From contig NZ_LN649236.1 of assembly GCF_000953395.1 (NCBI RefSeq), forward strand, positions 30,001 through 62,000: a DNA stretch of 32,000 nt. Reading direction: 5' to 3'. The translations under genes were made by a program, and so were the position numbers. This document shows positions 18,352 to 26,807 of the stretch, one piece after another. The DNA is from Candidatus Portiera aleyrodidarum. Its GTDB lineage: Bacteria > Pseudomonadota > Gammaproteobacteria > Johnevansiales > Johnevansiaceae. A model generated the notes under the pieces. That model did not search any database and was not told where the DNA came from. It saw nothing but the letters and a program-made list of their open reading frames with translations. Within the stretch, counting starts at the first letter, position 1. Each line of letters starts with the position of its first letter.

Positions 18352-19437
18352 ATGAAAAATGAAATTTTAATATTACCTGGTGATGGTATTGGTCCTGAAG
18401 TAATAAATGAAGCAGTTAAAGTTATTAAAATATTACAAAAAAAGAAATTAATTACTTCAGTTATTCGTTATGCTAAAATTGGAGGTTATGCAATAGATAA
18501 ATTAGGTTTACCACTTCCAAATGATACATTAAAAGCAGCAAAATCAGCTCGTGCAATTTTATTAGGTGCGGTAGGAGGTAAGAAGTGGGATAATATAAAA
18601 GACTTTAATAAACGTCCTGAATATGGATTATTAAAATTACGTAAATCATTAAATTTTTTTGCTAATTTAAGAAATACTAGTTTTTATCCACAACTTTTAT
18701 CATCAAGCATTAAATCAGAAATATTATCAAATGTTAATATTATGATTGTAAGAGAATTAAGTCAGGGTCTTTATTTTGGTAAACCAAGAGGTATTTTATA
18801 TAATTCATATGGTTTACGTTATGGATACAATACATCAAATTATGATGAAAAAGCAATACGTAGAATTGGTATAATAGCTTTTGAAATTGCTAAAACACGT
18901 AAAAAACAAATTTGCTCAGTAGATAAAGCTAACGTTATAGAAGTTTCAAGGTTATGGAGAGAAATCATTACTGATTTATCCAAGGAATATCAGGATGTAA
19001 AATTATCTCATATGTATATTGATAATGCAGCTATGCAACTTATATTATCACCAAAAACATTTGATGTTATTGTTACTGGAAATATGTTTGGAGATATACT
19101 ATCTGATGAAGCTGCTAATTTAACAGGATCAATAGGTATGTTACCTTCAGCTTCTATAAATTCAATAGGACAAGGTTTATTTGAACCATGTCATGGTAGT
19201 GCTCCAGATATTGCTAATAAAGGAATTGCTAATCCGATTGCTACAATTTTATCTGTTTCAATGATGTTACATTATTCTTTACAAAAACCTTTATTATCTA
19301 AATATTTAAATATAGCTATAAATAATGTTTTAAATAAAGGTATTCGTACAGCAGATATAAATTATACTGGTAAAAATTTCGTATCTACAAAAATAATGGG
19401 TGATGTAATAATTGAAGAATTTGAAAAATTAATTTAA
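18352..19437 (+). CDS. leuB: 3-isopropylmalate dehydrogenase
   Basis: 361 aa. ILPGDGIGPEV, LLGAVGG.KWD, VRELSQGLYFG, NMFGDILSDEAA, GSAPDIA.KG.ANP. Confidence 0.95.
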   Translation: MKNEILILPGDGIGPEVINEAVKVIKILQKKKLITSVIRYAKIGGYAIDKLGLPLPNDTLKAAKSARAILLGAVGGKKWDNIKDFNKRPEYGLLKLRKSLNFFANLRNTSFYPQLLSSSIKSEILSNVNIMIVRELSQGLYFGKPRGILYNSYGLRYGYNTSNYDEKAIRRIGIIAFEIAKTRKKQICSVDKANVIEVSRLWREIITDLSKEYQDVKLSHMYIDNAAMQLILSPKTFDVIVTGNMFGDILSDEAANLTGSIGMLPSASINSIGQGLFEPCHGSAPDIANKGIANPIATILSVSMMLHYSLQKPLLSKYLNIAINNVLNKGIRTADINYTGKNFVSTKIMGDVIIEEFEKLI

Positions 19438-19473
19438 TTAAAATATAAACCAAATAATTAGGAAAATTAATTT

Positions 19474-20571
19474 ATGCTTAAAATGGGTTTCGTTGGTTGG
19501 AGAGGTATGGTTGGTTCAGTTTTAATACAACGTATGATTGAAGAAAATGATTTTAATTATATTGAACCTATTTTTTTTTCTACTACTCAATTTGGTAAGA
19601 ATTGTCCTATTATTGATACAAAGATACAAAATGCTTATGATATAAATAAACTAAAAAACTTAAATGTAATTATTACTTGCCAAGGAGGAGCTTATACAGA
19701 TAGGGTTTATAAGAGTTTACGTAATTCGGGTTGGAACGGTTATTGGATTGATTCATCAAGCAAACTTAGAATGGATAGTAATTCAATTATTGTATTAGAT
19801 CCTATAAATATTAATGTTATTGAACAAAGTTTATATTTAGGTATAAAAAATTTTATTGGAGGTAATTGTACAGTAAGTTTAATGTTGTTAAGTTTAGGTG
19901 GTTTATTTAAAAATAATCTTATAGAATGGATTACTTCTATGACATATCAAGCAGCATCTGGAGCAGGATCTAAGCATATGATTGAGTTAGTAAATCAAAT
20001 GCGTATACTTGGTAATATAGTTAATAAAAATAACCATGCAAAATCAATTTTAGAAATTGATTCTAAACTTACTAAGTATATGGGTAAACTACCTATAGAA
20101 AACTTTGGTGCTCCTATAGCAGGTAGTTTAATTCCTTGGATAGATAAAAAGATGGATAATGGACAAACTAAAGAAGAATGGAAAGGAAATGTTGAAACTA
20201 ATAAAATTTTAGGTTTTTCTCCTAATACTATTAAAATAGATGGTATATGTGTAAGAATAGGTGCTATGCGTTGTCATTCTCAAGCATTTATTATTAAGTT
20301 GAAAAAAGATATTCCTATAAATGATATAGAATCAATAATTAAAGAGCAAAATCCATGGGTTAAAGTTATAAAAAATGATAGTAATTCTAGTTTAAAAAAA
20401 TTAACACCAGCAGCAGTATCTGGTACTATGAATATACCAATAGGTAGATTACGTAAATTATCTATAGGAACAAAATATATAACTGCATTTACAGTTGGAG
20501 ATCAATTATTATGGGGTGCTGCAGAACCTATTAGAAGAATGCTAAAAATACTAGTTATGTCAATGTCATAA
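19474..20571 (+). CDS. asd: Aspartate-semialdehyde dehydrogenase
   Basis: 365 aa. GFVGWRGMVGSVLIQRM, GGNCTVSLMLLSLGGL (active-site Cys), QAASGAG. An alternative start lies at 19483. Confidence 0.95.
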   Translation: MLKMGFVGWRGMVGSVLIQRMIEENDFNYIEPIFFSTTQFGKNCPIIDTKIQNAYDINKLKNLNVIITCQGGAYTDRVYKSLRNSGWNGYWIDSSSKLRMDSNSIIVLDPININVIEQSLYLGIKNFIGGNCTVSLMLLSLGGLFKNNLIEWITSMTYQAASGAGSKHMIELVNQMRILGNIVNKNNHAKSILEIDSKLTKYMGKLPIENFGAPIAGSLIPWIDKKMDNGQTKEEWKGNVETNKILGFSPNTIKIDGICVRIGAMRCHSQAFIIKLKKDIPINDIESIIKEQNPWVKVIKNDSNSSLKKLTPAAVSGTMNIPIGRLRKLSIGTKYITAFTVGDQLLWGAAEPIRRMLKILVMSMS

Positions 20572-20573
20572 TT

Positions 20574-21407
20574 ATGAAGGTTTTTTATAAATTAAATGAA
20601 AATTATTTTATTTATGGACGTATAGCTTTAGGTATTGAATATATTGGTAGTGAATATTTTGGTTGGCAAAGGCTTAAACAATATAATACTATACAACAAA
20701 CTATAGAAGAAGCTTTAAAGATATTTACAGGACACTCAATTACTTTAAAAGCTAGTTCTCGTACAGATTCTGGTGTACATGCAACACGTCAAATAGCACA
20801 GTTTGATTCATATATTTGTCGTAGTCAAAAATCATGGGTAATGGGTATTAACTCTAATTTACCTAGTGATATTAGAATTCGTTGGGCCGTTAAAGTATCA
20901 GAGAAGTTTAACTCTCGTAAAGCAATTGCTAGAAGATATAGATATTTAATCTATAATAATTTTATACCATCAGCTTTAATACGGAATACTATGAGTTGGC
21001 ATACAACACCTCTAAATATAAATTATATGCATATTGCTGCTCAAAGTTTAGTCGGCAAACATGATTTTACATCTTATCGTTCTTCAAGTTGTCAATCTAT
21101 AAATACAATTAAAATTTTACATTTTATTGAAGTACGTAGATATGGTCCAATATTAATAATTGATATACAAGCCACTTCATTTTTACATAATATGGTTAGA
21201 AATATTGTTGGAGTTTTATTAGAGATTGGTGATGGTCGTCGTTCAGTAAATTGGTGCAAAGAAATTTTATTAAAAAAAAATCGCAAAGAAGCAGGAATAA
21301 CAGCTAAAGCACAAGGATTATATTTGGTTGATGTTATATTTAATAAAGAATTCCAAAATCAATTACCTATTGAACATATTGGGCCACCTCATTTATTTTA
21401 TATATAA
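20574..21407 (+). CDS. truA: tRNA pseudouridine(38-40) synthase
   Basis: 277 aa. IALGIEYIGSEYFGWQRL, SSRTDSGVHA (catalytic Asp), FLHNMVRNIVG. Confidence 0.9.
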   Translation: MKVFYKLNENYFIYGRIALGIEYIGSEYFGWQRLKQYNTIQQTIEEALKIFTGHSITLKASSRTDSGVHATRQIAQFDSYICRSQKSWVMGINSNLPSDIRIRWAVKVSEKFNSRKAIARRYRYLIYNNFIPSALIRNTMSWHTTPLNINYMHIAAQSLVGKHDFTSYRSSSCQSINTIKILHFIEVRRYGPILIIDIQATSFLHNMVRNIVGVLLEIGDGRRSVNWCKEILLKKNRKEAGITAKAQGLYLVDVIFNKEFQNQLPIEHIGPPHLFYI

Positions 21408-21423
21408 CTGGAGTATATTTTAA

Positions 21424-22053
21424 ATGAAAACCAAAAGAGTAAGAGTAAAATATTGTGGAATTACTAATAAATCAGATCTAAAAGATGCTGTAATTTATGG
21501 AGTTGATGCACTAGGTTTTATACTTTGGCCTGGTAGTAAACGTTCTATTGATCTTCATCGTTTAATTCTTTTATCTAATAAAGTTCCTGTTTTTGTTTCT
21601 CGTGTTGGTATTTTTTTTAATCAAAGTTATGATTTTATATCTTGTTGTACTCCTTATTTAGATATTTTACAATTTCATGGTAATGAAAATTCTAAGTTTT
21701 GTAATTTATTTAATAAACCCTGGATAAAAGCATTACGTATGTATAAGAATATTGATATACTGATGGAATCAGAAATTTATAGGAAAGCATCAGGTTTACT
21801 TTTAGATACTTATTGTACAGGTATACCAGGAGGTACAGGAAAAAGTTTTGATTGGTATAAAATTAAACCCAATATTAACAATAATATAATTTTAGCAGGT
21901 GGATTAAATCATTTTAATGTAAATAAAGCTATTAAAATAGTTTCCCCTTTTGGTGTAGATGTTGCTAAAGGTATTGAATTATCCGAAGGTATAAAAGATA
22001 CTTATAAAATGCATGCTTTTGCTATAGCTGTTAATAAAGCACATAATATATAA
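21424..22053 (+). CDS. trpF: N-(5'-phosphoribosyl)anthranilate isomerase
   Basis: 209 aa. VKYCGITN..D......GVDALGFI, LQFHGNE, GGTGKSFDW, ILAGGL. GGAG lies about 9 nt upstream. Confidence 0.85.
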   Translation: MKTKRVRVKYCGITNKSDLKDAVIYGVDALGFILWPGSKRSIDLHRLILLSNKVPVFVSRVGIFFNQSYDFISCCTPYLDILQFHGNENSKFCNLFNKPWIKALRMYKNIDILMESEIYRKASGLLLDTYCTGIPGGTGKSFDWYKIKPNINNNIILAGGLNHFNVNKAIKIVSPFGVDVAKGIELSEGIKDTYKMHAFAIAVNKAHNI

Positions 22054-22096
22054 TATTTTAGGAAAGTTTATTAAAAATAATAGGATATATACAAAA

Positions 22097-22699
22097 ATGG
22101 GTTTATTATCTGGATGCAATGGTTTACTATTAGGTGGAGCTTTAATTGTAGTAATAGGAGCGCAAAATGCATTTGTTTTAAATCAAGGATTACGTGGTAA
22201 TTATCCATGGATGGTAGCATTAATATGTGCAATGTGTGATGTAATATTAACTTCAACAGGGGTTGCAGGACTTTCAGTATTCATACAAAAACATAAAGAT
22301 TTTATTATTATAGCACGTTGGATAGGTATATTATTTTTAATATTACAATCTATAAAAGCTTTTATACGTATGCGTGAATCAGAACAATTACAAGTTAGTA
22401 AATATTGTTATCAAGGAAGATTAAGTATTCTTTTAAGCACTCTTGCTGTTACATTACTTAATCCACATGTTTATTTTGATACATTATTAATGTTAGGTAC
22501 TATTGGTGCTTCTCAGACTTATCCATGGATGTTTGTATTAGGAGCTGGATTAGCTTCTTTTTTCTGGTTTTTTAGTTTAATATTTATAGCTAGAAGATTG
22601 AAAATCTTACTATCATCTTCTAATGTATGGAGATTAATAGATTTTATTACTGGAATAATTTTGTTAATTGTAGCTTGGCAATTAATAATACCTTATTAA
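22097..22699 (+). CDS. LysE/ArgO-family basic amino acid exporter
   Basis: 200 aa, about six hydrophobic helices. The N-terminus GGALIVVIGAQNAFVLNQGLRGNY matches the ArgO/LysE signature (E. coli ArgO has LPLGPQNAFVMNQGIRRQY). Confidence 0.8.
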   Translation: MGLLSGCNGLLLGGALIVVIGAQNAFVLNQGLRGNYPWMVALICAMCDVILTSTGVAGLSVFIQKHKDFIIIARWIGILFLILQSIKAFIRMRESEQLQVSKYCYQGRLSILLSTLAVTLLNPHVYFDTLLMLGTIGASQTYPWMFVLGAGLASFFWFFSLIFIARRLKILLSSSNVWRLIDFITGIILLIVAWQLIIPY

Positions 22700-22708
22700 A
22701 TTATAAAT

Positions 22709-23965
22709 ATGTTAGATCTTAAATTAATTTGTAATAATTTTAATAATGTTGTAAAAAGATTATCAACCCGTGGTTTTGAATTAGATATTAAAAAATTTAA
22801 AATTTTGCTAGAATTAAGCAATAAACTTAAAAATAAGACTGAAAAATTACAAAATAAACGTAATATTATATCTAAAACTATAGGTCATATAAAAAAAACA
22901 GGTGCAAATATAAAACATCTCATTTTAGAAGTTAATAAACTAAATAATAAACTTCATAAAAATCTTTTACGTTTAGAAGCAACCAAAAATAAATTTTTTA
23001 ATATTTTATTTAAAATACCAAATTTACCACATAATAGTGTACCAATAAAAAAAAATATAGAAATAATACGTTGGGGAATTCCTAAGTTTTTTAATTTTTC
23101 AATACGTGATCATATTAAAATAGGATTACTAAATGATGATCTTGATTTGGAATTAGCAACTAAAATAACTGGATCTAGATTTACTGTCATACGTGGTAAA
23201 TTAGCTAAATTACATCGCGCTTTAATACAATTTATGTTAGATAAGCAAGTTAATGATCATGGTTATGAAGAAATGTATGTACCATATATAATAAATAGAA
23301 ATTCTTTAGTAGGTACAGGTCAATTACCTCAATTTTATAAAAATATTTTTTCAATTGAAGGAGAAACTGAATATTTTCTTATTCCTACAGCTGAAGTTCC
23401 TTTAGTTAATAGTGTAAGTGGTAAAATATTAAATATAAATGATTTACCAATTAAATTAACAGCACATTCTCCTTGTTTTAGAAATGAACCAGTATCTTAT
23501 GGAAGTGATTCTCGTGGGATGATGAGACAACATCAATTTGATAAAATTGAATTAGTACAAATAGTACATCCTGATACATCGTATGTTGTATTAGAAGATA
23601 TGACTAAACATGCTGAAGAAATTTTAAAAGCATTAAAATTACCTTATAGAGTTATAATTTTATGTACTGAAGATATAAGTTTTTGTGCATCTAAAACTTA
23701 TGATATAGAAGTATGGATACCTAGTCTAAATAGCTATAGAGAAATTTCCTCTATATCTAATTGTGAAGATTTTCAAGCAAGAAGAATAAAAACTAGAGTT
23801 CGTAAAAATAAAGAAAAACATACTTTTGTACATACACTTAATGGGTCTGGAATAGCTGTAGGTCGTTGTTTGTTAGCTATAATGGAAAATTATCAAAACG
23901 AAGATGGATCTATTACAGTACCTGAAATTTTACGTTCTTATATGTGCGGAATTAAACGTATTTAG
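22709..23965 (+). CDS. serS: Seryl-tRNA synthetase
   Basis: 418 aa. N-terminal coiled-coil arm and class II motifs (FRNE, GMMRQHQFDKIELV, TLNGSGIAVGRCLLAIMENYQ). Confidence 0.95.
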   Translation: MLDLKLICNNFNNVVKRLSTRGFELDIKKFKILLELSNKLKNKTEKLQNKRNIISKTIGHIKKTGANIKHLILEVNKLNNKLHKNLLRLEATKNKFFNILFKIPNLPHNSVPIKKNIEIIRWGIPKFFNFSIRDHIKIGLLNDDLDLELATKITGSRFTVIRGKLAKLHRALIQFMLDKQVNDHGYEEMYVPYIINRNSLVGTGQLPQFYKNIFSIEGETEYFLIPTAEVPLVNSVSGKILNINDLPIKLTAHSPCFRNEPVSYGSDSRGMMRQHQFDKIELVQIVHPDTSYVVLEDMTKHAEEILKALKLPYRVIILCTEDISFCASKTYDIEVWIPSLNSYREISSISNCEDFQARRIKTRVRKNKEKHTFVHTLNGSGIAVGRCLLAIMENYQNEDGSITVPEILRSYMCGIKRI

Positions 23966-23966
23966 T

Positions 23967-24053
23967 GCCGAGCTGGTGAAATTGGTATACACGCAGGTTT
24001 TAGGTACCTGTGTCATAATGAATGACTTGGGGGTTCAAATCCCCCGCTCGGTA
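23967..24053 (+). tRNA. tRNA-Leu, anticodon UAG, type II with long variable arm; CCA not encoded
   Basis: Hand-folded as follows. Acceptor GCCGAGC/GCTCGGT (G1-U72 wobble), discriminator A73. D-arm GTG-AAATTGGTATA-CAC. Anticodon stem CAGGT/ACCTG with loop TTTAGGT (U33, anticodon TAG, G37). Variable-arm stem GTCAT/ATGAC. T-arm GGGGG-TTCAAAT-CCCCC. Closely resembles E. coli tRNA-Leu(UAG) (leuW) as I remember it. Confidence 0.9.
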
Positions 24054-24060
24054 AAAATAT

Positions 24061-24411
24061 ATGGAAAATAAAAGAATTTTAATAAACAAAAAATATATTG
24101 AATTGGATTCCGAAGGATATTTAAAATGTATTAATGATTGGAATCCTTATGTAGGACATGAATTAGCTTATAAAGAAGGTCGTAAACTTCTTTATGAACA
24201 TTGGGAAATAATATTATTATTACGTAAATTTTACTATAAATATAAAATCTCACCTACTATGGTTCCTTTAATTAATGAAATTAAACATTTAAATTATAAA
24301 AAAGGAAATTCTATATATTTACTTAAATTATTTACTTCTAAAACTTTAGAAAGTCCTGCACGTATTGCAGCTAGAATAGCAGGATTGCCTAAACCAAAAA
24401 CTTGTATATAA
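24061..24411 (+). CDS. tusE: TusE/DsrC-family sulfur-relay protein
   Basis: 116 aa. Collinear with E. coli TusE (EGYL...W......A..EGI.L...HWE......FY......P......), including the C-terminal IAGLPKPKTCI with a single reactive Cys. This is the TusE type, not the two-Cys DsrC type. Confidence 0.85.
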   Translation: MENKRILINKKYIELDSEGYLKCINDWNPYVGHELAYKEGRKLLYEHWEIILLLRKFYYKYKISPTMVPLINEIKHLNYKKGNSIYLLKLFTSKTLESPARIAARIAGLPKPKTCI

Positions 24412-24422
24412 TTAAAGATAAT

Positions 24423-24986
24423 ATGAATAAATCAATTAAAGATATTATTATTACTAAAAGCGCACAAAAGTATTTAGCTAATCTTTTATATAATCATAAT
24501 ATAGCTACTGGCGTTAGAATTTTTATAAATAAAAAATACGCAGAACCTAGTATAGAGTTTTGTTATAAATTATCAGATAACGATATAAAAATCAAATTAT
24601 CAAATTTAAATGTATACTTAGATAAAGAAAGTTTGCCTTTTATAAAAAATGCTGTAGTAGATTTTACTATGGATAGATTAGGTGGTAAATTAACAATTAA
24701 AATTCATAAAACTGAAAACTATGAATTGGAAAATAAAGTTAATTTTATCATTGATAATGAAATTAATCCTAGTTTAGCTTCTCATGGTGGCTTTATTAGA
24801 TTAATAAAAATTACTAATGAAAAAATTGCTATATTGCAATTTGATGGGGGATGTAAAGGATGTGTATCAGTAAATTTAACTTTAAAAAAGCATGTTAAAA
24901 GAATTTTGTTAGAACGTATACCCGACTTAACAGAAATTATTGATTTAACTGATCATACTGATAATAATAAAGCTTATTACAAATGA
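24423..24986 (+). CDS. nfuA: Fe-S cluster carrier protein NfuA
   Basis: A-type-like N-domain plus an Nfu C-domain. INPSLASHGGFIRLIKITNEKIAILQFDGGCKGC (CxxC), C-terminal LTDHTDNNKAYYK (E. coli has LTEHQRGEHSYY). The ATG at 24423 matches the homologous N-terminus. The track's ATG at 24402 overlaps tusE and is the alternative. Confidence 0.85.
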   Translation: MNKSIKDIIITKSAQKYLANLLYNHNIATGVRIFINKKYAEPSIEFCYKLSDNDIKIKLSNLNVYLDKESLPFIKNAVVDFTMDRLGGKLTIKIHKTENYELENKVNFIIDNEINPSLASHGGFIRLIKITNEKIAILQFDGGCKGCVSVNLTLKKHVKRILLERIPDLTEIIDLTDHTDNNKAYYK

Positions 24987-25402
24987 ATCATATTGAATAT
25001 ATTCAAAAAAAAATTATAAATGAATTAAAGTTTTTTGATAACTGGATAGACCGTTATAAATATATACTTGATTTAGGTAAAAAGTTACCTGAAATGCCTG
25101 CTAAATGGAAAAAACCTAAATATCTTATTTCTGGATGTCAATCTAATGTATGGATTTATCATAAATTTATTGATAATAAAATTCATTTTATTGCTACTTC
25201 TGATGCATCAATAGTTTTAGGATTAATTGCTATTATATTAAGAATTTATAATTATAGAAATCCAAGAGAAATTTTATCTACACCATTAGATATAACCAAA
25301 TTTGTAGATTTCGAACAACATTTATCAATAACAAGACACAATGGATTAAATGCTATGTTAGCACATATATATTATATAGCATCTATCTATATAATAAATT
25401 AG
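24983..25402 (+). CDS. sufE: SufE/CsdE-family cysteine desulfuration (sulfur acceptor) protein
   Basis: 139 aa. ISGCQSNVWIY carries the persulfide-acceptor Cys motif. DRYKYILDLGKKLP, SDASIVLGLIAIIL. ATGA overlap with nfuA. Confidence 0.8.
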   Translation: MNHIEYIQKKIINELKFFDNWIDRYKYILDLGKKLPEMPAKWKKPKYLISGCQSNVWIYHKFIDNKIHFIATSDASIVLGLIAIILRIYNYRNPREILSTPLDITKFVDFEQHLSITRHNGLNAMLAHIYYIASIYIIN

Positions 25403-25823
25403 GTGATATTATTGAAGTTTTTACTATTTTAGCATTCTTAGTTAAGAATGTTGTATAAAAACAACTTATACGCCCAGAATGGCAAGAAGGGCCATATTGA
25501 TCTACTTTAAATAAAAGAGTGTCTCCATCGCAATCTAAATAGACTTCTTTTAATAACTGTATTTTTCCTGATTTTTCTCCTTTTTGCCATTTTTTACATC
25601 TAGTTCGAGACCAATAAGAAACATAATCTCCAATTTTTGTATCTACTAAAATAGTTTGATTTATCCAAGCTAACATTAATACTTCACCACTATCATATTG
25701 TTGAGTAATTACAGGTATTAAACCTTCTTTATTCCAATTTATAGATTCAATAAGAAGCTTATTAGAATATTCATCACCAATCTTAGACAATTCTATTGAT
25801 TTAAAAAAACTTTTTTTTATCAT
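25383..25823 (-). CDS. hisI: Phosphoribosyl-AMP cyclohydrolase (monofunctional)
   Basis: 146 aa. GLIPVITQQYDSGEVLMLAWIN, YWSRTRCKKWQKGEKSG, LDCDGDTLLFKVDQYGPSCHSGRISCF. Confidence 0.9.
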   Translation of the reverse strand: MIKKSFFKSIELSKIGDEYSNKLLIESINWNKEGLIPVITQQYDSGEVLMLAWINQTILVDTKIGDYVSYWSRTRCKKWQKGEKSGKIQLLKEVYLDCDGDTLLFKVDQYGPSCHSGRISCFYTTFLTKNAKIVKTSIISPNLLYR

Positions 25824-25845
25824 ATATCACCAATCTTAGACAATT
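25773..25845. repeat. 20-bp perfect direct repeat (ATCACCAATCTTAGACAATT), two copies 53 bp apart, at the sohB/hisI junction
   Basis: Copies at 25773..25792 (in the hisI 5' codons) and 25826..25845 (in the sohB 3' codons). Both encode LSKIGD on the minus strand. The flanking sequence shows weaker similarity (IKK...F.K.LSKIGD). Confidence 0.9.
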
Positions 25846-26806
25846 TTAAAAATCTAGCTATAGTTTTTTTTATTTTTTTACTAATTATATCAGATAATTT
25901 TTTTTTTAATACTAATTTAAATATTTTTGCTTTTTTAGAACGTAATTCTAAATATTCTTCGCTTGTAATAACTTTATCTATTAATCCTTCTTTAATAGCT
26001 TTAATACCATACCAAATATCTCCTTTTGATACTTTATTTATATTAATTTTAGGACGTCTATTAAAAACATAATATTTAAATAAATCATGAGTTTCTTTTA
26101 GTTCTTTTATAAATTTAACCTTATCTTCATTAGTATTTTCACCTAATATAGTTAATGTACGTTTATTTTTTCCTGATGTTAAAATTTCTACATCTACATC
26201 ATGTTTTTTTAAAAACCTATTAATATTAGGTACTTGTGCCACAACACCTATTGAACCTATTATAGAAAAGGGTGCTGCAAACAATTTATCTGCACAACAA
26301 GCCATCATATAACCTCCACTTGCTGCAACTTTATCAACACATATAGTTAATTTTATACTAGCTTTACGTAATCGATCTACTTGAGCTGCAGCTAACCCGT
26401 AAGAATGTATAATCCCACCACAAGATTCTAATCTTAATACTACCTCATCATTATTTTTTGCTCCACTTAAAATACTAGTTATTAATTCAGTTAATATTGG
26501 AGTATAACTAGCATTTATATCACCATAAAAATCTATTAACCATACTACAGGTATATCTTCATAATAATTTTTATTATTTCTATTGTTTATAAATTGATTA
26601 ATCTTTTTAAGATTATATCTTGAATTAACTAATGTAATACTATAATTTTTAAAATCTTCTCCCCAATCTATTATTTTAAGTTTATTTTGTTTTAAACTAA
26701 CCTTTTTAGTTTTTAAAAATAATAAACTAATAGCTATTAAAATAGTAAATACTTTAGAAAAAAATAATACATAATCATAAAACCAATTAATCATATTAAA
26801 TTCCAA
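25820..26806 (-). CDS. sohB: Peptidase S49 family inner-membrane protease SohB
   Basis: 328 aa. N-terminal transmembrane helix. S49 core VAASGGYMMAC....AAPFSIIGSIGV. Similar in length to E. coli SohB. Confidence 0.85.
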   Translation of the reverse strand: MEFNMINWFYDYVLFFSKVFTILIAISLLFLKTKKVSLKQNKLKIIDWGEDFKNYSITLVNSRYNLKKINQFINNRNNKNYYEDIPVVWLIDFYGDINASYTPILTELITSILSGAKNNDEVVLRLESCGGIIHSYGLAAAQVDRLRKASIKLTICVDKVAASGGYMMACCADKLFAAPFSIIGSIGVVAQVPNINRFLKKHDVDVEILTSGKNKRTLTILGENTNEDKVKFIKELKETHDLFKYYVFNRRPKININKVSKGDIWYGIKAIKEGLIDKVITSEEYLELRSKKAKIFKLVLKKKLSDIISKKIKKTIARFLKLSKIGDI

Positions 26807-26807
26807 G

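Noticed and set aside
21092-22256. Minus-strand ORFs 21092..21286 and 22071..22256.
   Set aside because: Antisense of truA and of the LysE-family gene start. No supporting features.
23967-24053. I expected a tRNA-Ser because it directly follows serS and has a long variable arm.
   Set aside because: The anticodon loop reads TTTAGGT (anticodon UAG). The discriminator is A73 and the D-arm resembles E. coli leuW as I remember it. It is therefore tRNA-Leu.
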